Part shown: positions 11,846-22,600 of the stretch, piece after piece
Layout of the letters: every line of letters starts with the position of its first letter
How positions within the stretch are numbered: the stretch's first letter is position 1
Assembly (NCBI GenBank): GCA_020137815.1
Contig: CM035360.1
Span: 4,898,001-4,962,000 of the forward strand
Reading direction: 5' to 3'
DNA from: Hormiphora californensis
Taxonomy: Eukaryota; Animalia; Ctenophora
DNA length: 64,000 bases
Program-made: the position numbers and the translations under genes
Notes under the pieces: model-generated
What the model was told of the DNA's origin: nothing
What the model saw: the letters and a program-made list of their open reading frames with translations, nothing else
Database searches by the model: none

Positions 11846-13015
11846 TCAAACCCCCGCAACATCAGTTGACATTGACTGATGCTCACTGACAGTAGCCATG
11901 GGTATAACCTTAGAGTTCGATAGTCCAAAGAGTCTCGGAGCCCCCTTTGCCCCTGGTTTTCCCATTGATGTCACGGAGCTGTTCCCATGGCCGCCCTGGC
12001 CTCGTTTGGGTGTGAACATTATGAACACGATAGGGTTCACGACGGAACATAATGTAGGAACAAACAGGGAATATGCCATGGCAGATATCATAATGGAAGT
12101 TGGGACCGTGATGGGATGGTGATCCCTTATCGCAACTTCCACCATGTTTTCATTTTTTGATGTGTTGATGGTGTGGCTGATATGGGAACATGCTGTTAGG
12201 AAGCTTCCAAAGTTGTAAACTAAGATCATGATTGTGCTCCTTCGTTTCCTGTTTTCCGAACGGGCTAAAGCGGAATTAGCAACTTGTTTCATTGAGTTTC
12301 GGATTAGTTCGTTGATTGTTAGTATTGAAGCGATGAGACCTATCACCTGGGCCAGGAAATTGAAGACATTATTAACCAGGAACACTTGCAACATCGAGTT
12401 GAGCGTTACACCGAACGCTGTAAAGGGACCACCGTTCATGTGCACAAAGACACCATGTACTATGACGTAATAGTATGCTGCCTTGTCATCCCCTTTAGGC
12501 CACGTTATTTCCAACTTTAGTACTACACTGTAGATTGTAGTTATGATAATAATACCAAGGGGTAATTTTGAGGATAGATGAGAGAATGGGTATCGGATTT
12601 GGTAAAAGCGGCACGAGGCAAGACACGCAGTGACCACACAAGGTACTGTTATTATTGTCCACTTGAAGTTGCTGTAAAGACGCAGCACCATGGAGGGATG
12701 AGACCACCCGAAGGTAATATAGTGCGTTGTGCAGTTGACCAGAAATCCAAGTTGAGGATGTTTCTCCGCCTCATAACACCTCCAATCCTTGGGCATGAAG
12801 GTGGCGTAGGCAAAGTGGATGGGTATGGTGGCACAGCTGAGGAAGTCTGTGATGAACAGGGATAAGTAGAGGTTCCGAGCGACGGATGACGATCGCCTGA
12901 GGTTTCTTTTGATCACAGTAACGTTCAGGGTGACGCCGAGTGCCGAGAGGAGCACGAGGTAAATGATGATGTAGATGTCAGGGGTGGAGAAACCTCCAGT
13001 TGAAAACAGTGCCAT
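11846..13015 (-). CDS. Intronless rhodopsin-class-like 7TM GPCR (orphan)
   Basis: Hydrophobic segments with TM1 LN, TM2 TDFLSC, post-TM3 CRFYQIRYPF (DRY-equivalent), TM7 CSVVNPIVF; ATG 13015 (ORF track begins 13033). Confidence 0.85.
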   Translation of the reverse strand: MALFSTGGFSTPDIYIIIYLVLLSALGVTLNVTVIKRNLRRSSSVARNLYLSLFITDFLSCATIPIHFAYATFMPKDWRCYEAEKHPQLGFLVNCTTHYITFGWSHPSMVLRLYSNFKWTIITVPCVVTACLASCRFYQIRYPFSHLSSKLPLGIIIITTIYSVVLKLEITWPKGDDKAAYYYVIVHGVFVHMNGGPFTAFGVTLNSMLQVFLVNNVFNFLAQVIGLIASILTINELIRNSMKQVANSALARSENRKRRSTIMILVYNFGSFLTACSHISHTINTSKNENMVEVAIRDHHPITVPTSIMISAMAYSLFVPTLCSVVNPIVFIMFTPKRGQGGHGNSSVTSMGKPGAKGAPRLFGLSNSKVIPMATVSEHQSMSTDVAGV

Positions 13016-13458
13016 AACTAAAGGATAAAACAATTATGTCTCCAGAAAGTTTTAGAGATTTCTGTCGATAGATATACTGCTTATATTGTCCACGCAAAGG
13101 GTTAATTGAGACTGAAACGATGCCGAAATCAAGCATAATGTATTTACTGCTCCATTGCTACTACAAACGCGGACAAACGAGGACAATAGTTCTGTAAGTA
13201 CATTTTGTGTACCATTTAGAGATGTAAAAGTTGGGAGCTGTCTAGAAAAAGGGAGAGAGAGGGAGAGAGAGGGAGAGAGGGATATTCAGAGCCATTATCG
13301 TCGTGATCCCAAGCTTATGTATCATTATAGTTTTCCTTTCCGCTCATACTCGCGGCAACTAAATGTTTTCAAGGAAATATATGATCTCAGTTTTGAACCG
13401 CTCTTTATAGTGATCGAGCTGAAGGTTTGGTAAGTGGACAAGCAGCTTACCATGGTAC

Positions 13459-13593
13459 GTGTCTAAATTTCATCATAAGTCATAACAAGACGTTTAAGTA
13501 GTGCCCTCAGGAAGATCATAGCTTACCGTAAGCTATCTTTCTGTGGGCACCGCCTATCTACTTAAACGTCTTGTTATGATGAAATTTAGACAC
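13459..13593. mobile_element. Short palindromic MITE-like element
   Basis: gtgtctaaatttcatcataa..caagacgtttaagtag ... ctacttaaacgtcttgttatgatgaaatttagacac; inner hairpin atagcttaccgtaagctat. Confidence 0.65.
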
Positions 13594-14392
13594 ATATCAG
13601 TATGTGTGGACTATTACTTGGAATTTCGCGTGACATGTTAAACCCACGTGCTTTTCGAGGTAACTTTCCTTTAAAAAAGAGTCAAAAACGCGTATCAAGT
13701 TGTTCGTGATTGAAAAGTTGAGAACATACTGTAACACGTGTGCCACTAGTCCTTACCTAAGCTTAACTTTAAGTAGATAATCATTTTTATTTGAACATGC
13801 CTGGGTATAATACCCCTGTAATAAGCGTTCTAAAGTTCTATAGAACGTACGTTTGGTTTATACACCAAACGTACAATATATGATGATCAAAAAGTACCTG
13901 ATATATGTCTCTGAATATTATAGCTAGAGTACTGGCCACGGAATTAAAAGAGCACTCTAAAATTTTTAATTTTTACAGATACTGACAGTAGTAGGGTAGC
14001 GTGCACACTGCTACCTCTAAGAAACTCGACCAGGGGGCAGGGGCATATAAATTATAATACGAAAATAGCGACCTTCCCAAGGACTTTAGTCTACCACATC
14101 GATTACTTCAAATTAAGGAACAATGAACATATTATATAATTATTATGGGAACCTAAAGCTAACGATTTAACCATTATATGTCTGCTGGGAAGGGCTAAAA
14201 TTATCGGACAAAGCGCAAGGGATCTGTTTTCAGGTGCAGATTTTGTAATAGAGCAACATATGAAGATTGAAGAAGAATTCTAGCACATATATTTTTACTG
14301 TATGACTCGATAGAGAAATTACCCACCGTCAGCACAAGAGCAGAAAATTACATTATACTATAAAAAATTTAACTATGCCCACCACAAACTAT

Positions 14393-14427
<35 letters not shown>

Positions 14428-14433
14428 TCTCTC

Positions 14434-14529
<96 letters not shown>

Positions 14530-14809
14530 GTCTCTCTATCTATGGTAGTAGTCCCGTGCTGCCGAAAACAGACGTGTCCCTGGGTATGTATTAAAAACAA
14601 GTCACGTATGTACATAACAGCGCTATATAATATGCATGATTTAATTCATCGGGTGCGATGGGAAAAGTGAAATGGGAAAGAGAGAGGGGGACAAATGAGA
14701 GATAGAAAGTTGCTTCCACATGGTAGTGACCGAGGGAGAAAAATAAAAAGGGAGAGAAAGAGAGATAACAGAGATTGTAATGGCCAAATGTTTATGAGCT
14801 GCATGAAGA

Positions 14810-14966
14810 TTAGTAGAATGAATAGAGAATACCGGCAGCCTCTAGGGTTGAACAACATGTAAAACTCGGTGGAAACAGTTTACAAACCACCACAGTTAAC
14901 AAACCACCGAGTTTTACATGTTGTTCAACCCTAGAGGCCGCCGGTATTCTCTATTCATTCTACTAA
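14810..14966. mobile_element. Palindromic MITE-like element (~62-bp near-perfect arms)
   Basis: ttagtagaatgaatagagaataccggc..aaaactcggtgg / ccaccgagttttacatg..tattcattctactaa. Confidence 0.75.
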
Positions 14967-14995
14967 AGAGAGATAAAGAGAGATAAAGAGAGAAA

Positions 14996-15137
<142 letters not shown>

Positions 15138-15817
15138 AGAGAGAAAAAGGAGAGAGAGAGGGAGAGAGGAAATCATTCGGCAAAAATAATAAATCAACAT
15201 CAAGCCAGAATTAGTCCCGGTCACATTAAATAAATTCACAATACAAACGACCAGTCTGGTATTAGGTTATTTACTTGACCGTTAGTCAGCACTCTCCCTC
15301 CTCCTCCTCCTCTATCACTTGCTTCCTTTCTCTTTCTCCCTTCCTTTCTCCCTTTCTCCCTCCCTCTCTTCCTTTCCCTCTCTCAAAACCATTTTATTCC
15401 TGATCTAGACACCTCATGTGGGAAGGTACGGACGCGTGGAATGTATTATGCTCAACACGTATTTTAATTGACATAATATTGGCATGGGAAGAAGAAGATG
15501 TTTGAAGACAAATACCACTGTAGAGTGTAGATGACTCGGAGATTTATTATCCCCGTATTATCTTTCCTGAAATAAATCTCCTAGTCGTCTACAGTCCTAA
15601 ATAAACACTATTTCATTGTATCAGAACTATGCGACTCAAAAACAGCCGATTGGTCAACTTATTGATTCAGACAGATGCCACTGGCAGTGGTAAATACTCT
15701 CAATGTAGCATAAACTAATAACACTCATAATAATAATTATTTATTTCTCGTGATACCATTGTTTGAAGGCAATTATGAGCCGGAATTCGGTGTTGAGATT
15801 CTCTCTATCCCAAGTAT

Positions 15818-15900
15818 CTACTATAGCATTATTACAGGCTACTGTAGCACTATTACAGGCTACTGTAGCACTATTACAGGCTATTGAAGTACTATTATAA
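15818..15900 (+). repeat. 21-bp minisatellite (actgtagcactattacaggct) x~4
   Basis: Direct reading. Confidence 0.75.
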
Positions 15901-16525
15901 GCTACCATGTGATAATCGTCCGGATCACGACCACAAGATAAACCTGGCAATCTAGGTAACTGTACCGTGACAGCTGCCATACAATACCCTTCATATTGGC
16001 GGGATAAAGGATTTTGTAACCATGTAAATACTCACCGCTCAAAATATGAACCCTGTACAATGAAACTTTTTGGCAATAAAATTAAAATTTCGGACTCTCA
16101 TGCACTGACGCACTGAAAAGTTCGAAAAAATTCGCTTCCATGATAAGTTATGCGTGATGTGACGTCAAGTCAATTAAATTTATAAGCTGCCATTTTGATA
16201 AATGATATTCATTTATTACAGTGATAATATAATTAGAGCAATCATGAAATTAAGCTACTCCTGCTGCTGACCCCAAGCTCCTTAGTCGAATGTCTTATAT
16301 AACATAAAGAGTGGGATCATCCTCATAAGGGGACAAAATAATAAAATCCAAAAACTTTAGCATGTCATGATGAATTAGTTTGATAACTAACTAACGATGA
16401 AACTATCATATTGTGTGTATGTGAAACAAATCATTCCAGCCCCCCCCCCCCTAATACTAAGGTCCCCCTTATAATGTAAAGTAATGCATGCCGATATGCC
16501 ACCCAGTCCCCCTACAACAATATAC

Positions 16526-17862
16526 CTCATCGAACTTGTCCCTGTGAAGTCCCTTCCAAAGTTGGACTGTCTGGGCAGGGAGAAGGTGATTCCAAACAGC
16601 ACCCTGATGCTTCATGTACCCAGCCTCCTTTACATTGTGCACAAAACTCTGTTTTACCTGGGACATGAGAGGAGTTGTTGAGGATACATTTATTTTGGAT
16701 GACGAATTATAATGGTATAGCTGGGATATGATATACAGTCGGATCCCGATTTATCGGGATGCTCGGGGGAAAGGGGTTTGCCCAGTAGATTTGGCTCTAT
16801 AGAATCTAGAGGGAGTCAAAAGTTCAAGAACAAGTTTTAACACCCTATACATACTCACAGTCTCGTCAACGTTAGTGCCCAATGTTAGGAGTTTATCAGC
16901 AGGAAAGTTACTGATCCGTATCTTAACCTCCCAGGGTAACTTGCCGCCTCCCACCATATCATAGAGGACACCGATAGGGATGTGCCACTTTAGAGGGGTG
17001 TTTTCATACTCGTACCATACCTCTAGGGGCGGCTGAAAAGGGAGGATGCTTTAGTGAGAAACAGATGAAAATGCAATGAACTACGGCATACTGAATGAGT
17101 ATTTCTCACTCTAAGTTGATCTACCGAACCCTCAACAGAGCGGTGTGAGCCACAAAACTCTGTGCATCCCAGAAAAGTGTTTTGCTGCAAAATACAAACA
17201 CTTTAGTAGTAGCTGTATCTATTCTGCACTTACCTTTGTTGGATCACGAGGGATGCACTGGTTAAAGTGACTCTTCAGGCCCGTCAAAAGGGGCAGGTAG
17301 GTCATTCGGGGAACGAGAATATAGTACGGCTTAACCTCACTTATCATACAATCTGAGAACAATTGAATTCTTATCGCTTCATTACATAAAACAGGTAGGG
17401 TTTTTCTTGTCTTGAAAGTTTGTAGAGGGGCTAAGATCGGTATTAATTGTAACTAGGGAAATTCGGAAAAGACGTTGAGTGAGTGATGGGGTTCGTCTGT
17501 TGGTTTACTGCACGTTATTGTCCAAGGTCACCTATATAGTTTCCTATGATGCGGGAGTCAACAAAAGGTTTTTGTTTAGAGACCTTGTTGCTGTTCTTTG
17601 TAAAAGGGAGCAAAATGGGGCCCACAAGATCCCTAGTGCATATGTTCATTAGTATGATTCGTAGTTTTCAATTTCAAGAAAGGTTTATGCCGAGCTATGG
17701 CAGACATTAGTGGGGCCATGAGTATCACGTGATGCAGGGTTTGTTGAACTTTTCCTTAATATTCAATCTGATCAACTTACTTGTATCATCGTCAGACACA
17801 GAAAACTTGATGGGCACCCTCCCCTCCCAGACCTCTCTGAGCACCTCTCTGTCATTCGCCAT
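16526..17862 (-). CDS. ATG5: Autophagy protein 5, exons 1-4 only (169 aa); 3' exons not found in window
   Basis: Exons 17862-17781, 17352-17234, 17032-16859, 16657-16526 with GT-AG and matching phases: MANDREVLREVWEGRVP / KPYYILVPRMTYLPL / VWYEYENTPLKWHIPIGVLYD..LPWEVKIRISNFP / FVHNVKEAGYMKH..QLWKGLHRDKFDE (contains the ATG12-conjugation Lys). Confidence 0.92.
16737..16795 (+). mobile_element. Solo left end of the cagtcgga-TIR family (ATG5 intron 3); another at ~35618 in a rhotekin intron
   Basis: TAcagtcggatcccgatttatcgggatgctcgggggaaaggg resembles 9613; TAcagtcggactccgatttaccggga at 35616. Confidence 0.7.
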
Positions 17863-18116
17863 GCTACACAAAGAGAGGAATTAAGGAATGGGATATACAG
17901 GTATCAACATGGGTATGGCCCAAACTACATTATAGGAAAGCAAGGGTGAGAGAGAGAGAGAGAATGAGGAGGAGAGGACGCAAAGGGGGGGGGCTGGATT
18001 GATTAACTACAAAACATTATCAAAACCTCAGTCATAATAAATTAGCGTAAAAATACAGACTCTCCTAAAGTTAAACAGGGATTCCTAAACTCGATGATAG
18101 ATAACAGCTGATAAGT

Positions 18117-20035
18117 TCAAACTAAGCCATGTTTAGCTCTAGCAATATTTGCATCAATTCTCTCCTGCAGGATATCGTTATGATCAGTGTCTGTGTATTT
18201 TGGGTAGCTGTCCTCTCTGAGGTGCTCCAAAACCTTACTGGCTCTATCCAGATCCCTGTAAGGTACAGGTAGTAGATGGGAATAATGAATAATGAAATTT
18301 AAGGGAATAGAAGCAAAGTGGGAAGAAAAGTGTCAAACAAAGCCAAAGTAATACTATGATTAAATTTGTTCCAAATCAAGTTTCAAAACCTACCTGAAGT
18401 ATAGGAATTCCCGTCCGACCATGTAACCTCGTAACTCCGGATCTAAATACTTGTGAACAAGGGTAACGGGAGGGAGGATAACATCGGACGATGGATCGGA
18501 ACCATCTCTCATCATCTGTAATTGCTCCTTGCTATACCACCTAAATAGAGGGTGGTTAGGAGAGAGAATTGGGAGGTTAGGAGAGAGAATTGGGGGTGGT
18601 TAGGACGGAAAATGGGGAGGTTAGGAGATGGGGATGTGGGAGGTTTAGTTAGGAAGTAAGAGGAATAAGTCCGATGGAAAAACAAAGAACAAAATAAACA
18701 ATTGAACTGTTATTTCTATGAGACTCAAGAATAGTCAAGCGATACATTATTTATAAGAACAGATTTTGAAGGAATTAGAAACTACTCAGCAAAGAGGAAA
18801 TAACACCTGTGTGTGTGTGTGTATATTACCTTGTTAGGACAGTACCACCATTCCTTTCTATTGCCTCTATTGTCCTCTCACAACCCATTGAAACCTCGAT
18901 ATTTATCTTTTCTTCAAACATACTGATACCCTGAAATAACATGTGTTTAGATGATTGTTGTTTATTGCATCGGAAATTGATTTCTCAAAGCACTGAATTT
19001 CACAGCAGCTGTACGAAGCCTGGGAAGAAGTGTGCGCGCTCTGTATCTTGTATGGAACACACCGCGCGTTACTGCAAGTAGTGTAGAAAAGTGTGACAGC
19101 AGGTTTGCCACACTACGACACTCCAATCACAGCAGCTGATGCAGTACCTCACACAACAACGTACAGTGAATATATCGTTAACAGCAGGTGCAAGCAGAGA
19201 ATTAAAAGGTCGACAAAGACAGAAATATAGTATTTTATTTTTCTTACGGGCCAACAATTTTCAACTTACAACACACTACACAAGAGAAATTTTAAACAAT
19301 TGAACTCACCTGAAGAGACAGCTCAATGCCTGAGTAATCGTGTGGGATGTTAACAATTCCATTTGAAACCAAATCAAACATTGTTATACGGTTCGGGTTC
19401 AGGATTCCCCGGTCGATTCTATTTTGAATTAACCCCAGAGATAACTTCGCAAAGTGGATACCAGAACTGAAAAGGGAGAGGTGTATCAATCTTATATCAC
19501 CTTATATGATCTACTGTTTAGATTGAAGTAATGAGAATAGTTCACACCAAAAGTAATTCACATGACATTCAAACCTCGATATACCGTGCAAAACCCTTCC
19601 CTGAAAATAGAGGTTTGACTGTAATCTCACAACATAACAACACACCTTTTATTTTCCTTCTCTGGGACCCACAAGTACCAGGGTGGGCTATGACCATCGT
19701 CCCCGAGGCGCCGGGCATAAGGGTTATGTGGACCACCCCATGCAGCCTTACCACGTCTACCATACGCTTTTACACACTGATAAGGAATAACTGATTTTAG
19801 AGCAACTTGATTTAGGGATTTCAGTTTCAACCAATCACAGGTTTGAAATGGAAGTTCCGGTCATCATCTGAGACTCCCCACTGTACAGGGAAATTGTTCA
19901 GTTTGATGGTCTGCTACTAACCTTGTTTTCAGGGTCCATTGGTTTAACATTGTAAGTTGTTATTTGAGGTGCTCGGGCTACCAGTGATATATTCTTCTCT
20001 ATGAAGTTATAGTACCGACATACCGATCTCGACAT
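18117..20035 (-). CDS. MRPL15: Mitochondrial ribosomal protein uL15m (6 exons)
   Basis: Exons ~20035-19922, 19776-19646, 19466-19310, 18930-18830, 18540-18394, 18256-18117: LSLGLIQNRIDRGILNPNRITM..DYSGIEL / FEEKINIEVSMGCEETIEAIERNGGTV / LPPVTLVHKYLDPELRGYM. Confidence 0.85.
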
Positions 20036-20150
20036 GCTAAAAAGGGGGGTGTTGGGCATATTCGTAATAAATTAACGATGCTGTAGTAAATAATCTGTAC
20101 AATGTCATAAATATATAAATTTATTACGAATGGTAAAAACAATAAGTCAT

Positions 20151-20580
20151 TATTTTTTCCCTGCCCGGGTGGATGCCCGAAGGGCATCCACCCGGATGAT
20201 CGTTTTAGCACGTGTGCTAAAAAGATCATAAAGGGTTTAGAAATCTCGGATTTGAAATAGTAACTCGAGCGTGGTCAAAATCGCGTGTGTCACGGTAGCA
20301 GCATAGTAACTGCTCCTTCATAAAATCAAATAACTGTTTTGATGAAATATGATGTCAGGACGCTTATTTTTCAAAGCTGTGTGCGGCGCTCACAACACTG
20401 TTGCTGAAGGGGTGAGGGTAGAGTAAAACAGCTGTGTAACTGCATATACATACAGGACGCATGCATCTCACATTGTGACCAAGCCTTGATATTGTGATAC
20501 TGATAGTGTGATACTGATCCTGTCGACGGAGGGCAGGGAAACACCGCATTATGAATACATAATGCAATAATTCTTGTTCT
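20151..20580 (+). mobile_element. Helentron-associated (HINE/DINE-1-like) non-autonomous element, copy 1
   Basis: T-run + ttccctgccc, hairpin ccgggtggatgccc-gaa-gggcatccacccgg, subterminal inverse gggcagggaa, 3' stem-loop gcattatg-aata-cataatgc; second copy at 44771. Confidence 0.65.
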
Positions 20581-20704
20581 CCAAAGCCCTCACACAAAAC
20601 ATAGCACTATTATATACAGACAACTCCCACGAATGCTAAACATTGTATATTTAGTCTCTTCGAGCTTACTTTGTCGTCAAGTGAAACACTACCAGCTCAA
20701 AACT

Positions 20705-21720
20705 TTAGGATGGTCCTCTGCCGTACTTTTTCTGTCTCTCTGCGTTGTCTTTGCATGATCTGACAACCTCAAATATCGCATTAACATCGATATTCTGCCG
20801 AATCAGGTCCAGTACTATCTCTAGGACATCGTTAGAAATATTCAGACCTGGGAAGGATGATGAAGTAGGAGGGAGGGGAGAATGGAGATAGTATATAGAG
20901 AGAATAAAGTCTGCAATACAGCCCCCTGCCTTTAGTAGAATGAGAACAATACAGGGTGTTCATATGGGATCTTTACAAGCGTTGGGCTTCACCAAGAAAA
21001 AAGTTGATAAAATTAGCTTATGAAACTTCATACTTGGACTATTCTATACCTTCATTCAAGGTTCCTGGTGTTTCCGGAGCTCTACTACCCCTGGAAGTGT
21101 GTTTTTGGCATCAAAACCACCAGAAGGAATTTTTTGCTGGTGCTGAGACTTTGCTAGAATGTTTTTTGGGTATTTTCTATGTCAATTCCAAAGTTTCATG
21201 ATGATTGGATGTGTGGTTTAGTCACCAAGTTCCAAATAAACTGGCTATAAAGGCCCAAAAACAGCTCAAAAACGACAAAAATTGATATTTTATAGTCTTT
21301 CCAGCCACTTTTTTCGAAATTTTGAGTTCATCCAATCATCATGAAACTTTGGAATTGACATAGAAAATACCCAAAAAACATTCTAGCAAAGTCTCAGCAC
21401 CAGCAAAAAATTCCTTCTGGTGGTTTTGATGCCAAAAACACACTTCCAGGGGTAGTAGAGCTCCGGAAACACCAGGAACCTTGAATGAAGGTATAGAATA
21501 GTCCAAGTATGAAGTTTCATAAGCTAATTTTATCAACTTTTTTCTTGGTGAAGCCCAACGCTTGTAAAGATCCCATATGAACACCCTGTAGATAGTTTGT
21601 TAATCAAAAAAGATCAAAAAATAAAAATAATCTCTTACCCGCTTCTTGAGCAAGCCTAAAGAATTCTCTGTTATCACACCCATCTTGATACACTGTTTTG
21701 GGCGTGTAAGGGACATCCAT
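20705..21720 (-). CDS. MZT2: MOZART2-like gamma-tubulin ring complex protein (2 exons)
   Basis: Exons ~21720-21639 and ~20847-20705: NREFFRLAQEAG|LNISNDVLEIVLDLIRQNIDVNAIFEVVRS resembles the MZT2 core ELYELAQAAGGAIDPDVFKILVDLLKLNVAPLAVFQMLKS. Confidence 0.72.
20952..21588. mobile_element. Tc1/mariner-type MITE with ~260-bp perfect TIRs, in MZT2 intron
   Basis: TA|cagggtgttcatatgggatc ... gatcccatatgaacaccctg|TA; identical 81-aa ORF on both strands reflects arm identity. Confidence 0.9.
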
Positions 21721-21906
21721 TTCTAATACAGCTAGGGGGATTTTAGAGGTTGTAGAAACTTCAAAATGGGGGATATCATTTCAGGGATGCAATAAAAACA
21801 ATACTACATGTCACACGATAAAGAAGAAAGACTGAAGGTTTAGCAATAAATAAATTCCAAGATGTGAGGTTAATATACAAATTTAATATTTTGATTAAAA
21901 CTCCAC

Positions 21907-22517
21907 CTAGGCCGGGTAAACAGGTTTAACAAAAAATTCCACGAGTTCCGAATCGGGCACACTTTGCTGGATAAACTTGAACCACCGAACTAGATGAGAC
22001 ATCTCCCACTGGACCTCTGGCGTTATGTGGAGATTCCTGTGGAAGGGAAGAATTGAGCGAGTACTTTTCTCACTCGGGATGTGATGACTGGAGACTGGTG
22101 AGTTTAAAATATGTGAAATTGAACAACACAACAACGTAAGTTACCTACATTTCACAAAATTTAGACTGAAGCGTTAGCCTACCTGAGGAATGGTGCGACG
22201 GATTTAGCTAATGAGACATCAGCTATAGACATAGCACGGCCCACCATAAAAGTCCGCTTGGTAAGATACGAATTCAGTTCCTCTGCAAATCGATCAACTA
22301 ATGGTACTTTAGTTTGAGAGACTTTTTCACTGTACTGAACCCACTGTAGAATCTGGAGAGGGAAGGTGGGGTCTAGATTTGATTAAGAATTAGATAAATC
22401 AACTTTTGGTTTTACTTTCGACAAAAGCGTTATCTTACTCACCTGTGCCATTTCTAGTTTAGATGTCCCCGAATAAAATGCATCACTGTTTTCTGTTATT
22501 TTTGCCAAGTCTACCAT
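21907..22517 (-). CDS. EEF1E1: AIMP3/p18 GST-like multisynthetase complex subunit (3 exons)
   Basis: Exons ~22517-22443, 22352-22183, 22037-21907: EMAQILQWVQY..ELNSYLTKRTFMVGRAMSIADV..HLVRWFKFIQ..VEFFVKPVY. Confidence 0.75.
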
Positions 22518-22600
22518 GATACTGCACCTAGTAGAAAGAAACGTATAATCACAGTTTTTGTTTAAACAAACAAAGACCACAAATTAAAAGTAAATGGCAA

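Noticed and set aside
20956-21584. Identical 81-aa ORFs on both strands
   Set aside because: By-product of MITE inverted repeats; no transposase motifs.
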